A stretch of DNA of 58,947 nucleotides, counting the filler, from Basidiobolus ranarum (taxonomy: Eukaryota), in assembly GCA_040143965.1 (NCBI GenBank). It is 3 parts of 3 records of this genome, joined end to end, with 100 filler letters (N's around TTAATTAATTAA, not from the genome) between each part and the next. Parts side by side here need not be neighbours in the genome. Positions count along the whole stretch, not along the records: positions 19,743 to 39,305 come from JASJQH010000247.1; positions 39,406 to 58,947 come from JASJQH010000248.1; 1 more part is not named here. One strand, written 5' to 3'. Both the position numbers and the translations under genes were made by a program. This document shows, piece after piece, positions 27,787 through 40,676 of this stretch (position 1 is its first letter; every line of letters starts with the position of its first letter). The notes under the pieces were generated by a model, which had not been told where the DNA came from, searched no databases, and saw nothing but the letters and a program-made list of their open reading frames with translations.

Positions 27787-29662
27787 ATGCTGAATCCATA
27801 TCAGTCGTATCCTCCAGTGGCGCTGTCTAAGCCCACATGGAAACAAAAATTCGATGTATGGATGGTGAATGATGGTACAACTTCAACATAACTTAGGTCT
27901 GAGCTTTGCGTATTAATAGTTTACGACTAGGTCAACGAGTAATCTTCTTCGGATTGTGGGTATTCATTCAGTTTCTAATATTCTCTTTGGCGTTTGTGAA
28001 TTACTGGTTTGGAGATAATTTTTCGAACTCTCGAACTACGTTTGGACTAACCTTTGCGGTAGCGAGGGCCTCGGCATTAGTTTTACACGTTGACACTGGA
28101 ATTGTACTTTTCCCAATGTGTAGAAATTTAATATCATGGTTACGAACTACACCTTTGAACAAAGTTATACCATTCGATAAAAATGTAGCATTTCATAAAA
28201 TGATTGGCTGGTCGATCCTGTTCTTTACCCTAGTACATACCAGTGCTCATTATGTAAACTTCTACATCGCAGCAAACCTCACTGATGCTCCTCATGGTTG
28301 GTTCTGGTATGCGTTTGTAACAGGCCCCGGATGGACTGGTCATATTATGTTGGCTTCATTAACACTGCTTGTAGCAACGGCTGTACATCGGGTACGTCGC
28401 AAGTATTTTGAGGTGTTTTGGTATACTCACCATCTATTTGGAGTTTATTTTGGGTTCTTTTCGATGCATGGAACCTTTTGTCTGATCAAACCTGATAGAC
28501 CGCCTTATTGCAGTTCGGGTGGTTCTTTTTGGAAATATTGGATAGCTTCCGGTCTGCTCTATCTTCTGGAGAGGATTATAAGAGAAGTAAAGGGTCGACA
28601 TCGTACTTTCATTTCAAAAGTGGTTTTACATTCTAGTAAAGTGGTTGAAGTACAAATCAAAAAAGATTATATACGCTCCAAAGCTGGGCAATATATCTTT
28701 TTGTGTTGTCCAGAAGTCTCTCTATATCAATTTCATCCCTTTACTTTGACCTCTGCACCCGAGGAGGATTATATTTCGGTGCACATTCGTGTAGTAGGGA
28801 ACTTTACTAGAGAGTTTGCCAGACGTCTGGGCTGTGATGTTGACTCAAAGAAGCCCAACTCGATAGATCCCAAGGCTGGAGTTAATAGGATATTACCGAG
28901 AGTGATGATCGATGGACCATTCGGTTCGGCAAGTGAGGATGTATTCAATTATGAAGTGGCCGTATTGGTAGGAGCTGGAATTGGTGTTACTCCCTTCGCC
29001 TCGGTTCTAAAATCCATTTGGTTCGTAGTTATGACTTGGTAACATGTTAAATACCGTGCTAACACCCGAGTGATTTTCATTTAGGTACAGAGTAAACTAT
29101 CCCATGAAGGCTACGCGACTTCGTAAGGTGTATTTCTTTTGGATTTGTCGTGATAAAGAGGTATTTTACCGTAGTTCTGATTCCTATTTGAGGCAGTTTA
29201 TTCACAAATTTATGATTAAGGCATTTGAATGGTTTCAAGATCTTCTAAAAGCGATTGAAGAGGAGGATATCGAGCAATTTATCGAAATACACACGTATCT
29301 AACAGGCGGTTTAAAGCCGGATGAGGTTCGTAACGTAATCATCAACGATGAAGAAGGCTATCAAGATGCTTTGACTGGTTTACGCTCTCCTACCCACTAC
29401 GGCCGCCCTAATCTTGATCATATCTTCAATGGCCTGTGTCATCATCATCCAGCTACCGATGTTGGGGTGTTTTTCTGTGGGCCGAAGCCATTGGGAAAGC
29501 AATTGCATATGTATTGCAATAAATATAATCAGCCACAGGATGAAGGAACCAAATTCTATTATAACAAAGGTAAGAAGATGGTCTTGTTTGCATCTATCTT
29601 CCACGGAATGGTTTGTTTCCAAGTATTAATCGAATTCTAATTCCACTCTAGAAAACTTTTGA
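27787..29662 (+). CDS. noxB: NADPH oxidase catalytic subunit, fungal NoxB/Nox2 type; exons 27787-27874, 27931-29020, 29085-29160, 29221-29569, 29652-29662
   Basis: KFDVWMVNDG, heme His pairs (FHK…AHY; YTHH…SMHG), HPFTLTSAP, IDGPFG, GAGIGVTPF, GVFFCGP, C-terminal KENF in a micro-exon. An extra 5' exon is possible. Confidence 0.92.
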
Positions 29663-31483
29663 GAAGAGAAATGCTATGTTAAACGTGGATTCCTGTTTTG
29701 ATCAATTTAGCAAGGTCTCGTGGCAGGCTTTTCCTATCTCGACGTATCCCCCACTTCATTTCCTTACTTAAGTATATACCTATGTTTCTTTCTTCTCTGA
29801 GCCTCAACTAGATTAATCTCATTACAAATGGAGAGGCTTTACCCTAATAAAGATTTTTTATACATTTTCAAATGAACAAGACCATTCCTGGTAAATGACG
29901 ATTGGATTGGAGAGGATTCACGTGATTCGATGATTGCCAAGCCACCTGAATAGCAATCATTGTCTCAGAAACCTAAACCCGAATATAAGCAGTCACACGC
30001 CACTCGATTAGAGTGCAGTTGAAATATGGTATTGAAATTGAAGATGTGGATATTTTTGATGTTTCGAGCAGCAACTTGCATTTCGTCAGCGATCGAAATA
30101 GACCAGAGAGTCCAATCCGCAAATTATATAACATAGATGGCCAGCACGATTCAAAATCTGATCTAAAAGAGGCGTGGATATGTACTTGTATGCGGAGTAG
30201 GCATCTGATTGTCAGCGGATTATTCAATACAATTACTACAGACATCAGGGCCCCACTGGACTGATCTCTGGACTGACTCCTTTTTATGGTGTCCATGCCT
30301 AGATAACGTAGATTGTTGTCAAGAAACACGCTAAAAATCTCTCCCCTAACCCTAACCAAAAGCTTGGTGTGCGTTGGATAGGCCATTGTGTGTAACCGCA
30401 TGAAGTGTTGATCTAATGATAAAAACGAGGCTTATGTGAACCACCAACTAGAGCCAATGTTTCCACATTGTCTTAATAACAAACCACTTGTCATTGTCAA
30501 TGTACCAATATTTAGCATGCACTTGTTTACCAGAAGGGACTGAAGAAATCACGGGGTCTATAGATGCCATCTCACTAAAGAAATGCATCGTCAGCATCAG
30601 GGTTAGTTTGGGTCAATAGAGGCGCAAACTATATGGATCCCCTTGGATCACTGTATCTGATTTGATTTTTGCATAGCTTGAATCATTTCAATCGAACTTG
30701 GCCGGTATGCAGGCTCTCTGCCAACGGAAAATAGTATTGGGGAAAGGAGGGGAGAAGTCAGACAAAGAGAGGGGTCACTAGTTCAAAGTACACCTCAAGG
30801 TGATCAACCAAGCTTCTATTATTCAGCATCGAAGAGCTATGAACTTCATCACTAGTCTCTTTGTTGTTTTTATGTCAAATAGCCGCAGTATGCATAGTGT
30901 TCCAAAAATCCTATTGATATGAGTGCACATGGATTACAATGAGCGGTGCTCTTTGATCAAGAAAGTGTCTCCTACCAATTGAACCACCAGGTATCACATC
31001 AAATTAAATACACCTGAACCTAAAGTTATATCCTCGCCTTTGCTAGGCAAAGCCAACAAGGATTCATGCTATAATGTCCTAATACAAATAGAATACTCCT
31101 AGTATGCCTCTCAGAACTACTCATTCAAACCCCTTAGCATTGTAATACTAGTCATAAATGTAATCAGCTCTCATCGAGCTACAAGTCCTATTAAATCAGG
31201 ATATGGTTGGTATTATGTTGTGGTAAGAGAACGCATCACATGGATACAAACCACATGAATGTCAATAAATCTTGGTAATGATTTAATTTAATCGTATTAA
31301 ATATGACTGCTAATCTACTAGGGTAGATGAGATCTATATCAATCGAAGAATAAACTAATTAATGTACAATAGAATAACACTTTACTCCTCAACTACATCT
31401 TTTGCTTCCTAAATTCGTCCACCTTTGAGACTCTAGTTCCAACTTTATAACCACTAGTTGAAATCACTTCTTCCGGGCTCAAC

Positions 31484-34435
31484 ATGTCTTTTTCTAAGAG
31501 TACTATAGAAATCCCTTCTGTTCTGCCGCTCATTCCACTTAGCAACAAAGTTCTACTTCCTGGTTTTATACTTCGCTTAGAGATTACACATAAGGAGAAC
31601 CTAAATCTCATGGAGGTTGCAGTAAAAAGTATGAAAGAAGAAAAACACTCCATTATCATTGGGTGCGTACCTTTTGAAACGGCGAAAGAAAAAGATGATG
31701 TATCGTCAATTGGCAAAGAGAATAGTGAAGTTCCTTTACGCAAGTTGGGTTGCGCGGCACGTATCATCGGGCTGAAGAAATCTTTGCAGGTACGAGGAGG
31801 TTTCATCGTGGTTCTAGAAGGTTTGTATTTTCAAAAGGTCTAAGATACTGATCCTCTTTTTCGATACAAGTTTCAATAACATAAAGTTCTGTAGGTTTGA
31901 CGCGTATAGAAATACAATCAATAACTAAACGTACTCCATATCTTGAAGCTAACGTTCATGTCCATTATGAGCCTAGTAAGTACCTCACCAAGATAGTCGT
32001 AGAGTAATTAAAAAATCATTTATAATTTTATCGTAGCTGATGTAGTGGGCTCCCAAGTAGAAACCTCAGTAGCAAAGCTCAGAGCAGCTGCTCGAGAATT
32101 ACTAGTTATTCTTCAAGAATCAAATCTTCCAGAATCAATGGTCACTCAGTTTCAAAAACTCATAAATACTCTTGATCCTGGGCCTCTTGCTGATATACTG
32201 GCTAGTACGGCTGACATTGAGTACCAAGACCGTTTGGAGGTTTTAGATTTAGTTGACCTTCAACAGAGGGCGGAGAAAGTTTCGGAGATACTGATGAAAC
32301 AATTGCAGGTATAAATTCTACAACACGGAGCCATTTTGACCTACAATATCACTAAAGGCAAATGTTAATTGTTACTTAGATGTTAAAAATATCTCAAAAG
32401 GTCCGCCTTGCGGCCAGAGGAAATCTTGGCAAAAAACAACGAGATTATTACCTCCACCAACAAGTAATCCTCATCCGCTTATATAACTCCGCGTTAAATG
32501 AAACTAAACACATTGCATATTCTAGATGAAGGCTATCAAAAAAGAACTTAATGAACGTGGCAATGGTGATGATGATGATGATGACAACGATGGTGACGAT
32601 GGCGATTTAGGCGAGCTTACAAAGAAGCTAAAGAAAGCCAACCTCCCTGAAGGTGTTCTTAAAGTGGCGCAACGAGAGCTTCGTCGCCTTAAACGTATGC
32701 AGCCAGCTATGGGTGAATATCAAATAATTCAAACTTACTTAGAATGGCTATCAGAGATTCCTTGGACCATTTCTACTAAAGATTTTATTGATTTGAACAA
32801 TACTCGTCAACAACTAGATGATGATCACTTTGGTATTGAAAAGGTTAAAAAACGTATTATAGAATACCTTGCTGTGTGCAAACTTAAACAAGATCTTAGA
32901 GGCCCTATTTTGTGTCTAATAGGACCTCCCGGGGTAGGTAAAACCTCACTGGGTCAGAGCATTGCATCAGCTTTAGGTAGAAAATTTCACCGTATCTCTC
33001 TAGGCGGTGTATCCAATGAAGCCGAAATCAGAGGTCATCGCAGAACCTACCTTGGGTCAATGCCGGGACTTATTGTTCATGGCCTTCGAAAATGTGGTGT
33101 CAACAACCCGGTGATACTCTTGGGTATACAAAATTAATCAGAATTTAACAAACATATACTTCGTCTAACTACTCAACTTTATCAAAGATGAAATCGATAA
33201 GTTAGGTTCGTCTACAATTCATGGGGACCCAGGCTCAGCACTTCTGGAGGTACTAGATCCAGAACAGAATCACAGCTTTACTGACCACTACTTGAACGTA
33301 CCAATTGATCTTTCCAAAGTATTATTCATCGCTACTGCGAATCAAAATGAAACCATACCTGTACCACTGTTGGATCGCATGGAGGTTATCCAAATTCCCG
33401 GGTACACTCTAGATGAGAAACTGATTATCGCCCAAAGGCATTTAATACCTAAGCAACTTCGTGTTCATGGTCTCACAAGTGATCAACTCAAGCTACCGGA
33501 ACAAAGCTTGGCAAAAATTATCAGCGAATATACGCGTGAGGCTGGTGTTCGTAATTTAGAAAGAGAAATTGCAGCCATTTGTCGCGTAAAGGCCGTTGAG
33601 TATGCTGATGATAACGAGAAACAGGATTTATCGAATTATAGCGAGGAAATAACTCAACAGAATGTAGTAGATATCCTTGGAGTAAGTCTTAATTCATCGA
33701 CAGTTCAGCTTTTGCAAGTCAATTAATATCAGTTACTGTTTCACTAGATTGAGAAAGTTGAGAATGAAGTTGCAGACAGGACTTCTATACCAGGAGTCGT
33801 CACTGGTTTGGCATGGACAGCTACCGGCTCTGGTGATATACTATTTATCGAAGCATCACCATCCCCCGGAAAAGGACGTCTCCATCTAACGGGTAAACTT
33901 GGAGATGTTATCAAAGAATCTGCCCAACTAGGGTTGTCGTGGGTGAAAGCCCACGCTTACGAATTGAGAATAACATCGGACCCTAAGGCTGAACTTGTCT
34001 CTCATACTGATATACATCTGCACGTTCCCGCCGGCGCTGTACCGAAAGATGGTCCTAGTGCAGGAGTAGCTATGGTCACTAGTTTAGTATCAATGTTCAC
34101 ACAGAAAGCAATACCGCCTAATTTGGCTATGACGGGGGAAATAACACTTCGAGGACAGGCAAGTATCATATTGTACTATCTTGATCACCAATTCACATTT
34201 AACAATATACGTGTAGGTTTTACCAGTTGGGGGTATCAAAGAAAAGGTTCTTGCTGCTCATAGAGCTGGCATCAAAAAAGTGATCCTACCATGGCGTAAT
34301 CGTAAAGATCTTAAAGAAATCCCAGAAAAAGTGCAAATTGAAGTCGAATTGGTATTTGCCAAGGAAATATGGGATGTTCTTAAAATTACTGGTTTAATGG
34401 AAGATGTGGTGTTGGGATTAGTAAGTCGTTTATAA
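31484..34435 (+). CDS. LONP2: Peroxisomal Lon protease, 8 exons, about 831 aa, ending in PTS1 SRL
   Basis: Walker [10 protein letters not shown], Walker B ILL^[13 protein letters not shown] catalytic Ser, GQ^[10 protein letters not shown] across a GC-AG intron (34159-34216), C-terminus …GLVSRL-stop; no mitochondrial presequence evident. Confidence 0.93.
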
Positions 34436-35059
34436 ATTTGTAATAACTTTATTTCGGTATGCCATATCACATTTAGCATGTGGTGTTCGAATTCACCCAA
34501 TTTGGATCCATCTCGAATGATTTACAATAATAAATTTCGTTAATATTTGAATGTATCTGAGAAGAATTAATCCAGCCATCTCTACAGAATACAAGTATAC
34601 TCAGGACTGATGTATCAATTAGAGCACCCGGAGCGATTTTTCATATTCCCTTGGCATTTGGCTCTGGTATCTCAAGGATATTGAGTAAGAGCATTCTTCA
34701 GTGGCCATATGAAGTAGCACAGCGAATGCCGGTAACTACGTGATGATCGCAGAAGCTTTAATAATTGGATTTCCACTTACAGTGTGGAGTGTTACAGTAA
34801 AAAATACATTAGATTTGTGAAGGATATTTGGATAGGTATGTTATTTGGAGTAATGTTGGAACGTAACAAAAAAGAATGATTTTGAGATGTGTAATGCCAA
34901 CGAAATGCTGATTTTAAGAGTGTCAGATAAGCCTGAATTGTCAGTTACAGAGCAACTTCCATCAAATTGACTAAATTAAAAATTATTTCTCTCTAAACAA
35001 CCTTGAGTGATAAAGGAAAATGGAAGATGAGAGAATCCAAGCCTGTCGTCTCAAAGGGC

Positions 35060-36385
35060 TTAATATGACTCTTCTTCATTCCAGCTATCACCGAAAATCT
35101 CTCGGATACGAAGGTACTTTTGCTCCGATTCTGTCAATACCTCTTCGTTTATCTTATCTCTCCATTCCCAGATTTGAGTAACCAGCTCATCCTCGGATTC
35201 AAAAAGTGTTCCTAAACCACGATTGAGCATTGTGGCTATATCGTCGAAATCATTCATCTCTCGAATTGGACCATCAACTTTCCAAAATATTGCTAGTGCA
35301 ACTCTGAATAAAGTCTCAAGGGCACCCTCCATCAATATAATATCAAATAATCGCTGAACAAAGGCAGGAGTGAAGCAGGCCGCGTAAAATGAGAGAAACC
35401 ACTGAGGGAGGAACATACCAAGTTGAACTTGATGCTCTTGAAGATGTTCCAGTAGACTGGGGAAATGAGTATGAAGTAAGGCACGCAACTGGAATATCCG
35501 TAACTCTAGCCCCCGTAAATCAGGTAAAAACATGTTTCGAAGAGAGTGTGTTTCAATTAATTGCATGAATACGCAAAATGCTTGTGGCTCCGACATTTGC
35601 CTCACCAGCGTACCAACAATGAACCCAAGACCCTGACAGTAGCCGATCTCAGTATCGTATACGGCATATGCTTTCAGTACCTTAAACATCTTAGTTTGCC
35701 CCAGGCCGCCAACTGCCATGAACTCTTCAACTGTTGGGAATGTACGTGACAAGTCTAACACAATCGCTTTGTCGTATTCGGTTGGTTCCAGTAGTAATTT
35801 ATAATATACTGATTCCAGATGAGTCTCTTGACTATTACTCAACAGTTGCCACATCTCTCCGCGATGCTTATTGGGGATTCCAGAATACACCAATTCTCTA
35901 ATGAGCTCCGGGGTCGAGTAATACAGATTTGTAAAATCAGCCTTCAATGTCTCCCATAAATCAAGGCCGCTGCTCAAGCGTGATGAGGTTCTTGAGGAAG
36001 GGCCGCTTGTTACGATAGTCGCAGAGTCTGGTTCAACAAAGTATTCTTGTGATGATTTTACTGGAGCCGCTAAACTAAGTTCTTGATATTCATCTTCTAT
36101 ATCAAAAACAGACAAACCACTCTCCGAGTCATTAAATAGTGGGCTAGACCCGGAACTTGCTGAAGATATGCTGTATGGATCGATTGAGTCCGTGCTAATA
36201 CGTTTACTATATTCTGTAGAGTAACTTTGCGGTCGTTGTGAGAGACTAGAATATATATCTTCCTGTTGTGACAACCTACGCACCAAAGTTATATCCAGGT
36301 TAGCTTTTTTTTCAGAGGTTTCGACAGTATGATAGTCTTGCGTTGGTTTACGAACAAAATAGCGTGGTATGGTTGTATTCGACAT
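35060..36385 (-). CDS. TBC-domain Rab GTPase-activating protein (Gyp5/EVI5-like), intronless
   Basis: GIPNKHRGEMW, Arg finger IVLDLSRTFP, Gln finger GYCQG, QWFLSFY. Confidence 0.92.
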   Translation of the reverse strand: MSNTTIPRYFVRKPTQDYHTVETSEKKANLDITLVRRLSQQEDIYSSLSQRPQSYSTEYSKRISTDSIDPYSISSASSGSSPLFNDSESGLSVFDIEDEYQELSLAAPVKSSQEYFVEPDSATIVTSGPSSRTSSRLSSGLDLWETLKADFTNLYYSTPELIRELVYSGIPNKHRGEMWQLLSNSQETHLESVYYKLLLEPTEYDKAIVLDLSRTFPTVEEFMAVGGLGQTKMFKVLKAYAVYDTEIGYCQGLGFIVGTLVRQMSEPQAFCVFMQLIETHSLRNMFLPDLRGLELRIFQLRALLHTHFPSLLEHLQEHQVQLGMFLPQWFLSFYAACFTPAFVQRLFDIILMEGALETLFRVALAIFWKVDGPIREMNDFDDIATMLNRGLGTLFESEDELVTQIWEWRDKINEEVLTESEQKYLRIREIFGDSWNEEESY

Positions 36386-37552
36386 TAGAACGAGAGCTTG
36401 ACCTCAAGCGGAAAAAGTCGTAGGTAAATGAGATAGTTTTCAACCACAACTTCACTTGTAAAATAAATCCAGCTTATTTGTCACCCAAAGCGAAAATTAA
36501 ATTGACGGAATTTATTGTAGTTCTTTTGTCGAAAACCGCCAAGAAAGAATGAGGGCTATGAGAGATAAAGTGTATTTAGTTACTATAGCAAGGCTTAGAG
36601 CATACTATTCAAAAAAAGATATTTTTGTTGTACAGTTCGTGCAATCGAAGATAGAAAATCGGACAATGCCCAGTTGCTTATGAAAGAGAAGAAAAGCAAA
36701 CAGTAGGCTAAGAGGAAAGCGGTTGTACTAACTCTACCAGAAAGGGAATTCAAGGCATTAATAACTTCGATTCGGAAAAAGGGGCGCCATCCTAAAGGGG
36801 TCGCTCAGATTCATTATGGTTGCCAAAAAGGAGTGAGGCCATACGATGCATTAGACAGCATGGGCTATTACTCAATTTTACATCAAAATGGAAAGCAGCA
36901 TAAAAATGATGCATTTTAGGATAATAAACTCAGGATCACACTTGTTTCCGCACTGAATAGCCCTCAAAGTAAATGAGACTGAAACATCGGCATGCTACTT
37001 GTTTCTATTTTTGAAAGTCACCAATTGCAGATGTTGTATTTCTAAGCGTCTATCGCTGCAACGCTAACCCCGCACGCATATATCAAATCGGCTGCAGTAC
37101 AGCCCATGGATATTTGAACAAAATAGACCAGTCCAATTTATTTTTAAATTGCCACTCGATTGGAAAGGTCTTAAGTCGTTTAAGCAAACAGTCATGTCAA
37201 TATTAATTAGATGCTATTTCAGTGGTGATACAGGGCTTAATGAAGCTGTCGAGTACATTTGCCACACGATGCTGGCGCCGTAGAAGTCAACTGTTTCAGT
37301 AAAATATATATATTTCGGAATATTAATTGTTATACATTTTATACATACAGAGAGCGAGTAAATCTAAAAAGGCAATGCAATGGATGCCTAACAAAGCTAA
37401 AGTTTCCATCAAGAACCAGAATATAGAAAGTGCCTGTATACATACAGATAAGCAACTATAACAAAGCAGGAAGTACGCTCATTCTGCAAAGAAATGAATG
37501 AAACACGTTAGAGCCTAGAAGCATCAAAGGTAAACATATCAAGGCGTCTAGC

Positions 37553-39305
37553 TCAATCACGCTTACTTTCCGCACTGGGCGGAGAGAAAATATGTGAATT
37601 TTTGGAGCCGCTAAGACCAAGCAGTGCGATGGCAAACTCAGAATCCGAATCTTTAGCAGGATCCGTTGTACTTTGATTGTACATTATGTCCGGTGGATTT
37701 TCTTTCGATGTGCCAAGTGCTTCAGTTGACGATAGTGCGTTCGATGCAGGTAGATCTTCGGATTCCTGGTCTCTAGTGTTTAAGATAAGCTTAATTTTAG
37801 GGGCAGGTTTCAAGGGACTGGATTTAGTCTGCTTTTTGAGTTTTTTGGAAGTTGCATTAAGTGCTATTCCAATATCACTCTTAAGTCTTGTGATTACAGG
37901 TGGTTTCTCAACTCCAGCTGAATATTTGTTAGCATTTTCTGTTCGCCTGTGATTGCTGGATAGCTTGGAACTAGGCGAGTGCGTTATAGATTTTCTGCTT
38001 TTTTTGGGTTTTACATCCTCTTCGTCAGAGGAAAAATCTAAATCACTGTTATCTGCGAACCGTTTGTGGGATTTAGAGCTCTTGGTAGCTTTGATAGATG
38101 AAATTGGCTTTTTGTTCTGGGATGCACTACTATCATCAGAGCTTTCTATAAGATCACTCAGATCAGTTAAACTAGAGTCGCTTGACGAGTCGTCACGATA
38201 TATCTTCTTTCGAATTAGCTTGCTATTTCTAGAGTTGGGGATGGTTACGGAGCCACGAGGACGTGCAGAATTAGAAGGGCGTTTGCGCGTTTTACTTTGT
38301 GGGCTCGAGAGTAGGTCAACAATTTCATCGTCTAAAGTGGCCTCTTCATCTCTAAAATCATTGGGTATTTCTTCAACTGGCTTTTTGGTGTTTTCTGGTA
38401 ACTTTCTCCTCGAGCTTCTAGAGGATCTAGGCGAATCCTCCATCTTTGAAGAGACTTTCGATGTGACTTTAGTTTTAATTTTACGTGGGGGTGTTTTTAG
38501 GTCAACTAAATCTTCGTTTTCTTCAGGAAGCAACTCGTCCACTTTTTCACCATTAATGGCGCTCTCTGAATTCAGCCACGAGTGATACAATATACTTTCA
38601 AGTTGAAGTAAATCCTGGCGACGACGGTGACCTTGACTCAGTAAGCGAAATTCTTTGGTAAGTTCGGCACATCTTGAGACGTTTTCAGGACTAACAAAGT
38701 CCATTGCTACTTTTATGCAGCTTTTGTAGTTACAGACTTGGTGTGCACATCCAGCGGGAACAAATACTGCATCGCCAGGGTTTTGGTAAACCCGCCAGCC
38801 TCGAACTCCATATTTTGCAAACAACCGTTGTCGAAGTGTTTCATTCAGATAAAATACTTGGTCGTGAATGGGATCATCAACGGAATGTCCGATTTCATCA
38901 GCATATTCTCGTAAAAAGACACGAATTTTTGGGAGATCCTGAAAATGATAAATATCCCAAACAGCTCCAGCATCGCGATGATCTTCAGCCAAGGAGCCTT
39001 CTCCTTTGATTGGCCTGCTCTCTTCGGGGTTAACAGCATCGATACTGTAAATCATCAAGTTTACAGCATCAGCCATATCTAAATGCAAAGGAGTGGTGCC
39101 AACACCATTTTCGCCATCATCGGAGCCATAAGCATTATACATTTTGGGACCAAGATCTGGTGGGACTACCATAGCAGGAAGACGGCTAGCAAGATTCAAA
39201 ATTCCCTTACGTTGTGTATACTCTTGGAATGGTAAAGTCTTCATAAAATCAGCAAAATGGCTGGGAAATTTATCTTTGAAATCCATGTCTGATGGCCTAT
39301 CCTAG
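37553..39305 (-). CDS. JmjC histone demethylase, KDM3/JMJD1 (JHDM2) family, 5' part lost in gap
   Basis: PDLGPKMYNAYG, TTPLHLDMADAVN, DPIHDQ, GDAVFVPAGCAHQVCNYKSCIKVAMDFVSPENV; long Ser/Lys-rich tail. Confidence 0.9.
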
Positions 39306-39405
39306 NNNNNNNNNNNNNNNNNNNNNNNNNNNNNNNNNNNNNNNNNNNNTTAATTAATTAANNNNNNNNNNNNNNNNNNNNNNNNNNNNNNNNNNNNNNN
39401 NNNNN
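39306..39405. other. Assembly gap with artificial six-frame-stop spacer
   Basis: 44 N + TTAATTAATTAA (39350-39361) + 44 N. Confidence 0.95.
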
Positions 39406-39633
39406 TTTTCAGCATGAAGAGTTTTCAGTAAGAAGGGAAAAAAGATCCATTGAAGGATAACGTGGTGCAACAAACTTAGGATCATTTGACTTCATGGAAA
39501 GCAATTAACTATTCTCCCATAATTAGACAAAAGGCTTACGAATTCAGTTTCAATTTTCAGTTGTTTGAATTATTAGTACCACTTCGTTGCACTTCTTGAT
39601 ATACACCCACTCACATAGATACATTGACAGCAG

Positions 39634-40386
39634 ATGGCACCTGCTCCCCTAAAGAATGACTCTAAGCATGTGAATGTGGTCTTGACTGGGTTCGAACCTT
39701 TTGGGTCTCACAAGACTAACCCTTCTTGGCTATCAATCGCGTCTCTTGATAATACTATTCTTGACCTACCTGAATTCAAGAATGACAATAATGAAAATAA
39801 CAAGGAACCTCAGTATGCATACATCACTGCTCATGAATTGCCTGTCGAATACCATAAGGTTCCTACTTTGATATCAGCCTTGCACTCCCAGCAAAAAGCT
39901 GCAACAGCTTGCGCGGAGGTTGGTGAATGCGAAGCAAAGAATGTCAAGACCTACTACATCCATGTTGGTGTTGGACGTGCTAGTTCCTTTACCGTTGAAA
40001 CACTTGCCCATCGCACTGGTTATGGCGCCCCAGACAATGCTTCCTACCAGCCTCCCTCAAAGGAGGTTCCACCAGTAGAGGGATATGAGTTTGATCCAGA
40101 ATTACTTGAAACTACTGTCGACACTTTGGAACTCGCAGAATATTTGAAGCAAGAGAAAGGTTGGTTGTGTGAGCAGTCCAAGAATGCAGGACTTTACTTG
40201 TGTGAATATACTTTCTACCTCAGTATGGTGGAACGCCACCGAAGAATCGCTGCCGCTCCCAACGCTGGTACCAGTGATCGAGTGTGCTTGTTTGTTCACG
40301 TGCCCACAGTTGGGAACCCCTATAGCCTTGAGGAAATTCAACAGTTTGTTAGAGATGTGATTGGTCGTGTCGTAACAATGTATTAG
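39634..40386 (+). CDS. Pyroglutamyl-peptidase I (peptidase C15), intronless
   Basis: VVLTGFEPFG…NPSW, LPVEY, IHVGV, and Glu/Cys/His triad in TVETLA, NAGLYLCEY, FVHVP. Confidence 0.92.
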   Translation: MAPAPLKNDSKHVNVVLTGFEPFGSHKTNPSWLSIASLDNTILDLPEFKNDNNENNKEPQYAYITAHELPVEYHKVPTLISALHSQQKAATACAEVGECEAKNVKTYYIHVGVGRASSFTVETLAHRTGYGAPDNASYQPPSKEVPPVEGYEFDPELLETTVDTLELAEYLKQEKGWLCEQSKNAGLYLCEYTFYLSMVERHRRIAAAPNAGTSDRVCLFVHVPTVGNPYSLEEIQQFVRDVIGRVVTMY

Positions 40387-40676
40387 TATCGAATCAATCG
40401 GAGGAAAATATGGCATTCAACTCTTTCCGTTGCACTGAATGTTTTGGTGTTGATTTTTACTGTAGTGTGCATTATTTAATTTACTAGCAATTTCTGAATA
40501 CATGCAGTATGGCAAAATCATATCATCTGCTTTTTCCACTTCAAGTTGCTACTTGTAGCAGATAGGAATGCAATGTATCAGCTATACTTGAATGTCTATT
40601 ACTTGTACTAAATAAACCAACAAAATGCAATGAGTTTACCTGCTTTTAAAAGGATTAGTCAATGTTGAGCTTAGGA

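Noticed and set aside
29973-30401. Overlapping 142-aa and 83-aa ORFs between NoxB and Lon
   Set aside because: No recognisable motif or splice structure; cannot be supported as a gene.
33671-33678. ATATCCTT U12-like donor in Lon
   Set aside because: It is exonic (GAT ATC CTT GGA), and a canonical GTAAGT donor at 33682 keeps the frame.
34482-34497. GGTGTTCGAATTCACC hairpin resembling a tRNA T-arm
   Set aside because: Wrong loop size and no acceptor, D or anticodon arms.
37953-38585. 210-aa + strand ORF
   Set aside because: Antisense shadow of the low-complexity JmjC tail; the same applies to other short antisense ORFs over real genes.
40387-40479. Readthrough of the pyroglutamyl peptidase TAG would add a hydrophobic tail (…VALNVLVLIFTVVCII)
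   Set aside because: TAG-T is not a known leaky context, and T-rich 3' UTRs translate as hydrophobic by default.
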